Assembly (NCBI GenBank): GCA_013265495.1
Contig: MU058423.1
Span: 5,006,793-5,070,792 of the forward strand
Origin: Vicugna vicugna
Taxonomy: Eukaryota
DNA: 64,000 nucleotides
Direction: 5' to 3'
Shown here: positions 25,550 through 36,512 of the stretch, piece by piece
Layout of the letters: each line of letters begins with the position of its first letter
How positions within the stretch are numbered: the stretch's first letter is position 1
The notes under the pieces: model-generated
Told to the model about the DNA's origin: nothing
What the model saw: only the letters and a program-made list of their open reading frames with translations
The model's database searches: none
Position numbers and translations under genes: made by a program

Positions 25550-26150
25550 TGTAAAAATCAAAAGTTAGATTTCAACAAAAACAGAGCTCTATAAACTCTA
25601 AGACAGAATTCATTTGAGGAAAGACACTGTGAATTTGAAAATACTACAAATTTAAGCAGTCTAAAAGAACCAAAAGCAAACTGTGATGGGACCTGGAGGT
25701 TCGATGTGAGCCTGGATCACGTATCTTATATGAAGTTCCAACAGAAGACGGTCAAAGAGAGAGAAATATTACTGAAGATAGAGCTGCTGAGATTCGTAAC
25801 CATTAGATCAAAATTGCACTCACATAGAAAGAGGCTGGAGATACACTGAGACTGTAAAACAGCAAGAATAAAGGAAAAATATTAAAAGCTGTCAGAGAGA
25901 AAGCAGATTATCTACAAAGAAATCAGTCTTAGGCAAAAAAAATTAGAATTCTCTTTAGTAACAATACATCATAAAGGACAATAAATTAAAATCTTGATTG
26001 CTCGATAAATCTCAATTTTGATTTTTATAGTAAATAAAATGTATGGGCAAAATAAAAATATATCATTCATAGAAAGATTAAAGAAACTTACCATCATTTT
26101 GCTCAGCAAAGCAAATACTAAAGACTGGATTTTAGCAAAAGGAAAATAAC
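25550..26150 (+). mobile_element. Very old L1 ORF1-like (L1M/HAL1-type) fragment
   Basis: A-rich; GAAAAATATTAAAAGCTGTCAGAGAGAAAGCAGATTATCTACAAAG resembles the ORF1 KEKILKAAREKxQITYKG region. Confidence 0.65.
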
Positions 26151-26749
26151 AGAAAAACAGTAATTGTGAGAAACTTCAGGTAATTTTTATGCGAGAGATT
26201 CAGATCTTAAAAGCCTAAGGAAAAACTGGTATTGGTGGGAACTAAGGGTCATGAAAAATGACTGTTAAGAGATGTGGAAATGGAGCGGGGTAGCTCAGGC
26301 AGTAAACATTATACACCAGTGCACAGGGACCAGTTATTTTATATTAATGACATTGTGCTATAGGTTTTTCACCTCCAGCATTTTTCAAAAACTCTGATTT
26401 TGGTTCCTAATTTTGCCAATTGTGAATGACTGCCTCTACCTACAGGTAAGATAACAAGCCTCCCGTATTTTCCAAACTAAATACATTAAAATTCTATTTA
26501 TGTTAAAGTTTAATAAGCCCAAAGCCACTGATACCCAGCAGCCCCGGAAGCACCTTGTCATCCCAGAAGTCACTTAAATACTGGGCCACACCATTCTCCA
26601 TTAGCATCTTTCTAGGTACTATTATTTGACATTGAAGTTCCGTTGCAAAGTGTGAGAGTATCTTCCTTAAACGGTTATCTTTTTAAAAATATGTGTAAAT
26701 AAAGCAGTCCCTTTTTCTTCCTTGTGAACTAATTCATGGTGACATTTCC

Positions 26750-27180
26750 TCCTAGTTAGATTATGCTGATTTTTTTCCAATCCTTTTTTTCCCCTCATCT
26801 CTATTTCAACCTGACTAAAATTATACTCTGCCCTGGGCTGTTCAGCTGTTAAATATTAGTGGAGAGCTATCATTCAGAGTTCTTGTTTAGCTAAGCCACA
26901 CCCATTGTGCTTTGTTTCAGTCTTTGCCTATAAATCAATCTCTCTGCCTTTAGTCAGAAAACTGAATAAAATAGTGTGTCACTTGCTTTCTAGTCTGATG
27001 GTTTTTCTCACAGAGTTCACAATAGCAGCTCTCAGTACAAAATTGCAGACCTCACTTCAAAAACTTACCCCTGGCTGCAAAGGACAGGACAGTGTAACAG
27101 CATCGCACAAAGACCCTTAGTCTAGTAAGTGACATTTCCGCAAATTGTTGCCTGACCTCATAAGCAAATTAGTTCTCGGG
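26750..27180. repeat. Copy 1 of a diverged direct duplication (unassigned to any known repeat)
   Basis: By hand alignment, 26802-26908 matches 27918-28026 at about 82% and 27021-27120 matches 28141-28239 at about 85%. Confidence 0.93.
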
Positions 27181-27869
27181 TGAAGGGGAGTCAGAGGGAA
27201 GGACTGTAGTGAACAACTGGTATATAGTTTTATACTAGCTGGTAAAGATCCTTGGGGCTAATAAAAGAAAGGTTTATATATTCTTTCTTTTCCTTCTTTG
27301 TCTTCTTATTTTCTGTTGCATTTTAGTGCTGTAAATCCAGTACTAATGAATAGCTTACCTTTCTGCCAAAGTGTACTTAACTTTAAATGAAATTCTCTGT
27401 TTTATTACAATGAAATCAAAGGCTTTAGAGAATCAGTATATTCAAAACTCTATTAATAGTCATATTATGTAGAATTTCTTCTTTCACAGTCAGAGGGTTT
27501 CCATACTTTCATGGCACATACCCCACAAAAAATACTCACAAAAAGGTTTGGAAATTAAATAACTTTGTTGTTGGATTTAGAATAAAATATTCCTCCATGA
27601 GGCAGAGGAGAGCCTGGGATGTCTCCTAGTCTAATGTTTAAAGAATGAAGGAGGAAGGTTAGCTACATGCTCTCCATCAGTTAACCTTTCTGAGCTGTTA
27701 TTGACCCAATGAATCTCTTATGTTGCCTACTCTACTCTCCCCAAAAATCCCTTCCCACAAACAACAGCCCTCCCACAAAAGAAATATTTCTCCATTTCAC
27801 TTTCTCCCTTCTCACCGTATTATTTGCTTATTACTCTACTATTTATAGGAAGAGTACATTTTTTTCTCT

Positions 27870-28310
27870 CTAGTTGGATTATGATGTTCTGTTTTCATAA
27901 AATTTGCCCCTAATACTTATTTCAACTTGACTAAAATTACACTCTGCTGTTAGGCTGCTCAGCCGTTAAATAGTAGTGGAGCCGCTATGGTTTATAGCTC
28001 TCATTTAGCTGAGCCACACCAATTGTTAGTTACAATCTTTGTCCATAAATCAGTCTTTCTCTCTCTCCCTCTGCCCTTAGTCAGAAACCTGAATAGAATA
28101 GTGTCTCTAGTGTATCACCTGCTTTTTTGCTGAGATCAGAAATAACAACTCTCGGTACAAAATTGCAGACCGCACTTCAAAAACTTACTGCTGGCTGCGA
28201 AGACACAATAGTTTAACAGCATTGCAGAAAGACCTTTAGAAAGAAGATCCTTCCTTCGGGGCTGCTGTTCTCAGGAGCAATACTGAGTGGAAGCAAATGA
28301 GTCCGAGCAG
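27870..28310. repeat. Copy 2 of the diverged direct duplication
   Basis: Shares TATTTCAAC.TGACTAAAATTA.ACTCTGC, TTAGTCAGAAA.CTGAATA, GTACAAAATTGCAGACC.CACTTCAAAAACTTAC and AAGCAAAT.AGT with copy 1; offset about 1116-1130. Confidence 0.93.
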
Positions 28311-29746
28311 ATAGGCTGAACAAAGGGTAACTGACAGGAGAGAAGCAGAGGTGTTTTCCTCGGCTCTACCCCTCCTCTTTGTGTGCCCATTTCTAGGTTC
28401 CTAGGTTCTAGGAAGAACCTCATTACCCAGATCTGCAAGTGAAACGTGAAGCTGAGCCTGATTTTAATAATAGCATTCTCTCTGTTTTGAAATACTGATG
28501 CCTTTCTGTCCATACAACAGCACGATCCGTAGCAGGACGCCTGGCACCAATCTTCAGGGAGCAAAGTCTTGAAAATCAGAACTGATGTTGAGTCCTGGCT
28601 TTGCCAATAGGAACATCTCTCTTTGTGAAACACTTATTTCCTAGACTTTAGATGTTTCTTGGTCTACGTCGCAAGCCCCAATTTATTGATTAAGAAACTT
28701 GCAGGCATGAGAAAGAGGGGGGTAAGTGTGTGATTGAAAGTGGCTGGAGAATCCATATGTGTCCCAAGTGTTGAGTGCACAGTGAATAGAGAAAATATCT
28801 TGGAAATGTGTATATAAATTTAATGTCATTACAGACATAGCTTTTCAAATCTTTGTTTTCTAAATCAATGGAAACTAAAAATACAATTTTGGATTTTTTT
28901 TTTTTTAGAGATTTTCATGTTCAAAAAATTTTGAAATCACAAACTAGGTGTTCTTTCCTGTGTGATATTATAGGATTCGTTGACACTCGGTAAATTGATT
29001 GTTGTAGCCAAATTTACAAGAGCTGAATTTGCCCTTGACATCACTAACACAAATCTATTTTTATTCTAGATCTCATCATATTTTCAGAAATACACATCAT
29101 TTTCATTCCCTTTTCTCCTTTATCCAATAGAGTACAGAATAAAAAGTCCTACCTATTTAATTAAGCTTTTCTATGTACTTTTGTGTGTGTTGGGGGGACT
29201 GTCCAGTATTCCCTGTGACTCTGCTTGAAGCTTTTTTTGTTTTCCATAATGGCAATGAATTGATATCTAAGTGTCAGGTCCCAAAGGTTTGTACTGGTTT
29301 TGACATCCAAACACTTGACTTTTAAGTGATTTCTAATGCAGACAACATGTGCTCTATCCTGGGGCAACACCATTCTTTCAATAGCAGTTGTATTAACAAT
29401 TACTGCAGGGCATCTAAGTGGATGCCGGCAATAAACAGAAGAGGGATGGACCACAGCCAGCAAGGCCTGAAAGTGAAATTGGATCAGAACACTTGGAAAA
29501 ATCACTTCTAAGAGTGAGGCATCATTGTTTTTACACATCTGGAAGCCATAGCAGGGTGCTCACGATCCTGGGCTCTAGTGATCCAAGATGGGGTATTTGA
29601 GAGGAATTTTATCCAAAAATTTAGAATTAAGAGAGTCATTGTAAGGTATCTTCCCTTTGGTAACTCACCTGTATACTTTCACAAGCAAACAAACATATAT
29701 TTCCTACTCTTTAACAGTAATTCTCTTATTTGTGTATTTAGCAATG

Positions 29747-29777
29747 GTGTGTGTGTGTGTGGCGTGTGTGTGTGTGT
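29747..29777. repeat. Interrupted (GT)n microsatellite
   Basis: Read directly. Confidence 0.9.
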
Positions 29778-30420
29778 AGCTACTGTGCACCTATCACTAT
29801 GCCAGGCATCATTATGACACTTCAATCCTAGTTCCTTATATGGTGTCTTCTTACCTTCCAGGAATTTACAACCTACTTGGGGAAATAAGACTTATCATGG
29901 AATGCCACTTGCTAAATGCATGCATATACTGTGAAACAACTAAAGAAACTACCAAAAGTGCCAAATTTGCCCTCAGAAATGCCAGTGCTTTACCTTGAAT
30001 ACAGTAGTTCAGGGTGTTCTGTAGAGAGCAAACTTTGAAGGCTGACTAAATTTTTTTTACCCAGAAAACTAATGAATAACTTGAAAAAATATTCTCCTAT
30101 TTACTGATTTATTCCTGAAAAGTTATTTTTTTAAATTAAGAGAAACTGCTTTGATTAGAGATTTTTTTTATATATCAAGGTATTATTGGGAAACATGTAC
30201 TGGGAAAACGTTTTCCTGGAGAGAAAAAACCACTGTGAAAATCCTACCAGATGGGTTTATTAATATCCTTATTCATAGTAAAAACCTCTTAATTACATAA
30301 TCAGTAATTAATTTTTTTAACAGATGAGGATATATGACTCTAGTCAATGATCTATTTATGTGCTCTTCCTAGACATGAACATTGGCTTGAGATATTCTAT
30401 AGCAAATGCCCAGTATCTAC

Positions 30421-30425
30421 CTATC

Positions 30426-30472
<47 letters not shown>

Positions 30473-30514
30473 CATCCATCCATCCATCCATCCATCTATC
30501 TATCCATCTATATC
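30421..30514. repeat. Compound (TATC)n(CATC)n tetranucleotide microsatellite
   Basis: Read directly. It explains the YLSI/HPSI repeats in ORFs 30347..30583 and 30360..30569. Confidence 0.97.
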
Positions 30515-31076
30515 TTTAGTAGTTGCTATGAACAATGTGAAGAAAAAAATAACTGGTTCAAGTTGTTGACATTCTTAAACTAATAGGACAAAATATTAAT
30601 TTTATGTACCTATTTAAAGACAATTATTTTGAGGTGCCTGCTGAGAATAGAAGAATTGTAAGCAAATTACTACATAGTAACCAACAGTAGTGGCGAGGAG
30701 GGGTGTTATAGAAGTCGATCATAGCTTGAAGTCCAACTACAAGGAAATTTCTGAAGTGGAAAAATATTATGATCTGAGATGAAACAAGTGAACAGACAAG
30801 TGAATCACTGGGGATGCTCAGAAAAACAATGCAAGTCAGAGTGATGGCCTCTGAATTCAGAGTTTCCCACTCAGGCCAGGCTGCTTCCTCACTCACACTG
30901 TCACCCACCAGGAGGAAGCGCCCTCATTTCAGAGGATCTGAATGAAAGGCTCTGGGATCGAGGTAAAGAATCAGAGCCTGGTGGGTTGTAAGAACAGCCC
31001 GGTGGGTTGTAATGGACCTGGTTTACAAGTCAAAAACCAGAACTGCTCCTAATAATGCTTGCACAGTAAGAAAAAT

Positions 31077-31565
31077 GTGCCAGTACTGCCCAAGATGACA
31101 TCCCCAATTTGATGGTTCCCTAGGACTCATGAGGCACGGCACAGAATCATAGTCAAGGCTATGGCTTCAGAGTCCTGTCCCAGTGGCATTCCTGGGGTTA
31201 CACAGGATGCGCTGAGTTTCCCGAGCTACATGTTATGATAAAACACGGGAAATGTTGTTTCTCAGGAAAGCTTGCTAGTGACCCAGTGCTCAGGGTTTTC
31301 ACGGGGTGGGTGGGGCCTAGTCACACAGCTACTCTTTGCGAGGCATGCACCCAGATTTTAGAGTCCCAGAAGGAAAGCAGGTATATGACGTGAATCACAT
31401 TGTTCGTACAAACATTTGAGGCACAGAGAGCCACTTATAGCAGTTCTGGGAATGGTGGAAACGTCCTGACATCCATGTTCCCAGATGCCACGTAAGGGCT
31501 AACCTTGTAAACAGGCCTTTCAGAGGATAACAGTCATGGTTGCTGTGTGGATGCGTCTCTGCACA
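31077..31565 (-). mobile_element. ERVL LTR, MER21/MER77 family
   Basis: CCCAGAAGGAAAGCAGGT, CATTGTT.GTACAAACA, GTTCTGGGAATGGTGG, TTCCCAGATGCCA, AACCTTGTAAACAGGCCTTTC; ends CTGCACA (TGTGCAG start on the minus strand). Confidence 0.85.
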
Positions 31566-31829
31566 GCCCGCTACCAGAAAGTCTGCTTTGAGCTACAAAA
31601 ACTAACTGGGGTTTCTCAAATATTTCCTTGTCAAGAAAGTAATAATATTTGCAAACCCATTACAGTAAATAAATTGGGCTGTTCTAGGCAGGCAACAGGT
31701 CCAAGCTCCTTCCCCTTTGCTGCTGGCTGCTCAGAGGCCCCAGGGTACAACCATATTGGTGTACCTGGAAATCCATTTGCGTCACATGGGGAATATTCTC
31801 TGCCTGAGAGGAAATATTGAATTTGTGCA

Positions 31830-32388
31830 CAAAAGGACCATGCAGGAAAAAGTTCTTTGTAACCTCATTTTTAATGTTGAAAAATTGGAAGGACTTAAAA
31901 GTCTATAAAACTGGAAAATGAATTACTGTACTACATGAATACATTATAGCATATTTCCAAAAATGAAAAGAAATGGCCCAAAAGGGCATGTATCAACATG
32001 GATAACTTCCACAAATACAAAGTTAAGTGAAAATGATTAAACTGTGGACTGTTACTCTTTAGACAAAGCTGTACACTTGCAAAAATATACTAGAGATTGT
32101 GTTTGAGTACATGGCTACGTGATACAAGTTAAAAAGCTGCATGGGAAAAATAAACACCAAATCATGGCAGTTCTTCTCTCTGCAATAGGCCAGAAGAATG
32201 AGATCTGGGAGGGGACCAGAAGAGGCTTCAACTGCATCTATGATGCTTTATTCCTGAAACAATTCTGAAGCAATTATGAAAAATGCTAGTATTTGAAAAA
32301 GCTGGGTGGTTAGGGACATAAGTATCTACGATTTTGTTTTCCAGGTCTTTCTCTGTGTTGGAAGTGCCTCCTAATAAAAATTCAAAAT
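31830..32388 (+). mobile_element. L1ME-type 3' end
   Basis: ATGTATCAACATGGATAA, AGAGGCTTCAACTG, AAAAGCTGGGTGG, terminal AATAAAAA. Confidence 0.8.
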
Positions 32389-33059
32389 AGATTTCAGTAC
32401 CTATGTCTCCACTTACGTTGAAAGCACTTTAGCCTCTCTCACTAAAGATAATTTAAAAGGCTAATTGAAACTCTCTGCAGTAGTCTTTGACACAAAGTTA
32501 TTCACATCTGTAAGCACCACAGACAATATTAGAAGGATTCTAGCTGAGTTAGAAAATATATTCTACTAGGTCTAAAGATAGAAATAGTTTTGATTATACA
32601 GGGAGAAAAAACAGTTGATGGTCTATAAAGTAGAAAATCTTAGCAAGGTGCATTATTTTGGCCTTGAGTGGTTACTTAAAAATAAAGATACTTTTTATTT
32701 AACCTAATTTTATCGCCAATGAAACCTATAAAGAATTGACAGGGGAACTTCTGAATCCTCAGTTTCCATAGATCCAGCACTTTTCATAAATGCTAATCTT
32801 ACAAATGTCAGACGCTGCTACTTCGAAGGGAATTTTGTCCAGAATAATTTCAGCTCCCACTGCTGGAGCCCCATTGTCCCCCTTTCCTCCTTGCTCTTCT
32901 GTGCACATATTCACCTTCTCTGTCACTATTATGTCAGATGATAAGGCAGAAATTTCAGTAGAAATAATAGAAGTGATAATTTGAGTTCTTACAACATGCA
33001 AAATGTAGTTTCAAGACTAATAATTATTAGAATATTCTTAAAGTCTGCACCGTGAGGTT

Positions 33060-33858
33060 AAGCAAGCATCTCAAAACAGAACTGTGTGTATGACTTTTCC
33101 CTCTCTCCCAGCATTGCCGTTGGTTCCAAGGCAAAAACTTCACTTTCACATGAACTTCCTTCATACCCTACGTGTAATCCACCCATGAGACAATTCTGTA
33201 AACTCTACCACCCAGGTGTCTTTCTGATCTTTTTGTTCCCCATTACATTGACATTTCTGCCCCAGTCTAAGCCATAATCATTGGATGGACCACTCTTCTA
33301 TCTTCCACTCAGTATCTGCATTTGCTCTTGACTTTCTGATGCTCCACTGTCCACGTGTAGTCAAGATGGAAGTCATGTCATTTTCTGCTCAAGGGGACAC
33401 ACCTTCTCACCACACACAGAATAAAAGCTTAAGTTTCTTCTAATGGCCCCAAAGGACACCATATCATCTGTCTCCTGACTTTTCTTGATCACATCTCTTA
33501 TCCCTTCCCTCCTTGCTCAGGTAATTTCAACAACACTGCAATATCTGTAGACCCTCACATGTGTCCAACACACACCATCTCAAGGCCTTTGTGCTTTATT
33601 TTCCCTCTGCCTGAAACAAATTTTCCCGTATTTTCATGGCTTGCTACTTCAGAATTGACTTCTTTGACAAACCTTCACCTTTTACTGTTTTATCTCGATA
33701 GCACTTTGATAAATATGTTTTTTATTGTCAATGTCCTTTACTAGAACATAGTTTATGCAGACAGGGTGTTCGTTGTTTAGCATTATATTCAAGAACCTAG
33801 AATAATGTCTGTCAAGTAGCAGGGGCTCAACCAATATTTGACGAACAAGTGAACTAAC
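33060..33858 (+). mobile_element. L2 3' region
   Basis: CATGTCATTTTCTGCTCAA, CAGAATAAAAG, CTCAAGGCCTTTGTGC..TTCCCTCTGCCTG, terminal GCTCAACCAATATTTG. Confidence 0.85.
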
Positions 33859-33861
33859 AGC

Positions 33862-33991
33862 CTGCATTTTTATAATCTCAATATTACAGATCAGGAGAGA
33901 AGCACTGAGTGAATAAATCACTTACCCAGATCTCATCCAAGTAGCAAATGGAAGATCCAAGATTCGAACCCAGGTTCTGAGCACACACTCC
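33862..33991 (-). mobile_element. MIR fragment interrupted by the following LTR
   Basis: TTACAGAT, CACTTACCCAGA, GATTCGAACCCAGGT (B box). Confidence 0.8.
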
Positions 33992-34511
33992 TGTAACAGA
34001 GAAGAACAAACCTGACTCCATATGGGATCCACCCCTTTGGCTCCAACCTTTGTGCTGTACTTCCTGTGCTTAGTCATGCTCATTCTGCACCTTTGTAAAA
34101 GGATGTTGCCTACAGCCTGAAACATACTGCACAGCCCATTCTCAAGACTCTGACCTTTAAAGGTGTAACACTTTTCCACCCACACAGCGATAAAACAACA
34201 GAGCACAGTATTTGTCCTGCTGCAGGTTTATTGGAACACTGTGACCAGACCTGTATGCACAGCTGCAAGAACAAAGGATCCCTGCATCAAGAAGTTTGCA
34301 ACCATCAGCCACATCTCCTCCCCTTTTAGTATAAAAGAAGTCTGAATTCTAACTCAGGTAAGATGATTCTTTAGGACACTAGACCACCTTTTCTTGATCT
34401 GCTGCCTTTCCGAATAACGTCACTATTCCTTGCCCCAACACCTCGTCTCTCCACTCTCTCTCTTAATTGGCCTGTCATGTGGCAAGCAGTATGAGCCTGG
34501 ACTCGGAAACA
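33992..34511 (+). mobile_element. ERV1 solo LTR (MER41-like group)
   Basis: TG...CA termini; 4-bp TSD CTCC (33988-33991) / CTTC (34512-34515); TATAAAA at 34330-34336; GACTCCAT motif near the 5' end. Confidence 0.88.
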
Positions 34512-35322
34512 CTTCTACTGCTTACAGGAAGAAGATGATGTATAGAAAAATGATTTTTTGCCTCGAACCTAAAATCCTGAAAGCTTAAATATGCAACAAT
34601 CCATCTCCTGTAGCACCAAGTTACAAGCTAGCTTACAGTAACACAGGCTTCCCCACGTTAGCCTAAGTTCTGCATTCAGCTCTTACTGCAATCTCCTGGT
34701 CTGTTAGCCAGGTCACTGTGAGGCAGCAGACACCTCTCTCAATGAAATCAAACAGGCAAACTCTAGCACCTAAATATGCTGAGAAATCTACTTAGTTTCT
34801 TTCTCCCTAAACCTATTTCCAGATCAGCATCCTTGAGAAATTACCACTCCAGCGAGAACAAAAGACGAGACTAAAGAATAGCAAGGGAAAAAAATGAAAA
34901 AGTGTAATTTTCCCTTAACGTTTAGGGTAGAACTAGATGAATCCACACATCTTAGGCCTTCCCAGAGATGGGCTTTCTACTGGAACAGGTCTTCATTTTG
35001 CCCAGTCACCTCCTTATTACTCGAGATTGGAGCTCTGGTGTGATGAGTCTTAAGAGTGGCTGCAGTGGGAGGGGGCGAGAGTCCTAAGGTAGAGACAGGC
35101 ACACTCTCAACACCTGGGCCCTACCTCATCCTTTGATGTAGCCCATCCTAAGGGAAGGAATAAGGAATGAAGGAATCTTGAGCTCCTCCTTGTGGTCAGC
35201 ATCTGCCATTAAGCAATCATCCTCAGTTTTATGAGAACAATAATGAGTTCGAATTATCTTTGTCTTACATAACTGTGCTTTGGGGAAACCCAAGCATTCA
35301 AACCATAAAATTAAAGTCACAA

Positions 35323-35395
35323 CAGCGGTAGAGGGTGTACTTAGCATGCACAAGGTCCTGGGCTCAATCCCCAGCACCTCCTTTAAAAAGAAAAA
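35323..35395 (+). mobile_element. 5'-truncated tRNA-derived SINE, Vic-1-like (camelid)
   Basis: CAGCGGTAGAG..TGTACTTAGCATGCACAAGGTCCTGGGCTCAATCCCCAGCACCTCC plus an A-rich tail; B-box-like GGCTCAATCCC; approximate TSD AAAGTCACAA / AAAGTCAACA. Confidence 0.85.
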
Positions 35396-35529
35396 GTCAA
35401 CACAGTCTTATCAGCCTGTTAGCAGTCTGTCTGAGTTTTGGTGTATGCATCTTGCAGAATATAATACTCTCAGGAAATCTTGATTTCCCAAGCCAAATCT
35501 ATAACTAGCACTCGGTAGCTGTTTCTCTG

Positions 35530-35722
35530 TTCATATACACCATTTCTCATCCATACTTCAGTCGAGTAATTGGGGCGCTATCATCCCCCTCGTACAGAGG
35601 AGGAACCGAGAATAAAGAGTTCAAGTAGCCATTTCAAGGCCACCACACCAGTAACAGACAAAACGGGATTTAAACCGTGGTCCCTCTGACTTCCAAGCTC
35701 TGTGCTCTTTGCTACTATGCCA
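35530..35722 (-). mobile_element. MIR
   Basis: TACAGAGGAGGAACCGAG...CAAGGCCAC...GGATTTAAACC...TCTGACTTCCAAGC...GCTCTTTGCTACTATGCC. Confidence 0.85.
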
Positions 35723-36512
35723 AGTGGCTTCCATTATGTTCTGACAAATGTCCCAATGTTGAGGAAATTAAAAATACATCATTGATGTTTCACATCTCAG
35801 CTTAGTTATTATCGCTGGTGCCGTTGCTATTTATGTGAGGAGAGCTAAAAGCGGAAAAATAATGAGTCACTGTATGCACATCACTGTTGCAAATGCAGCC
35901 ACTGTCTCCAGAGCCTGTCACCGTTTGTAGCTCTGCCACTTTCCTTCGCCAGCTGTCCAGAGCCTTTTCACAAAGTGAGCCAATCCATATCTGACTGCTA
36001 AATTCCCAAGAGAGCTGGCTGCTCTCAGCCCTCAGTATCCTGCAGCTATGCCTCGGTGCGTGAGGCTGGTTTCCAGAATGCCCTGGAGATCGCCTGTGTG
36101 GCCTGCCCAGAGCTCCTAGCCTGGCCACTGTCTGATGCACTGAAGCCGTAATCTGAGCAACAGGACTAGGGCTACCTCAAAGACGGAATGATACTCCAAA
36201 GGTGCCCGCTACATTTTGCCAGGAAAATTTGGCTAGTTCTGCAAGCAATCAACTCATGTATTAAAATAGAGAAAGAGGTGGTTTAAATACTCATTTCATC
36301 TTTCAATGTATTTTCCCCCAGACTGAGTTGAACAAATATTCAGAGACTCACATGTGCCAAATGTATGACATGACAAGCTGATGCTGAACGTGTTGATGGC
36401 TTCAGCAAATAGACTTTGTCAGGACCACAGTTCATTCACTTGATTCTCACAGGGTAAGAAAATGGGTGATATGTGGTTATGACAGTCCTGGGGCTAGGGG
36501 GTGGGATCTTTC

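Noticed and set aside
30347..30583. ORFs with YLSI/HPSI peptide repeats
   Set aside because: Translation of a (TATC)n(CATC)n microsatellite.
35323..35382. tRNA-Ala-like sequence
   Set aside because: Lacks the 5' acceptor stem and part of the D arm, and has an A tail and TSD. It is a SINE, not a tRNA gene.
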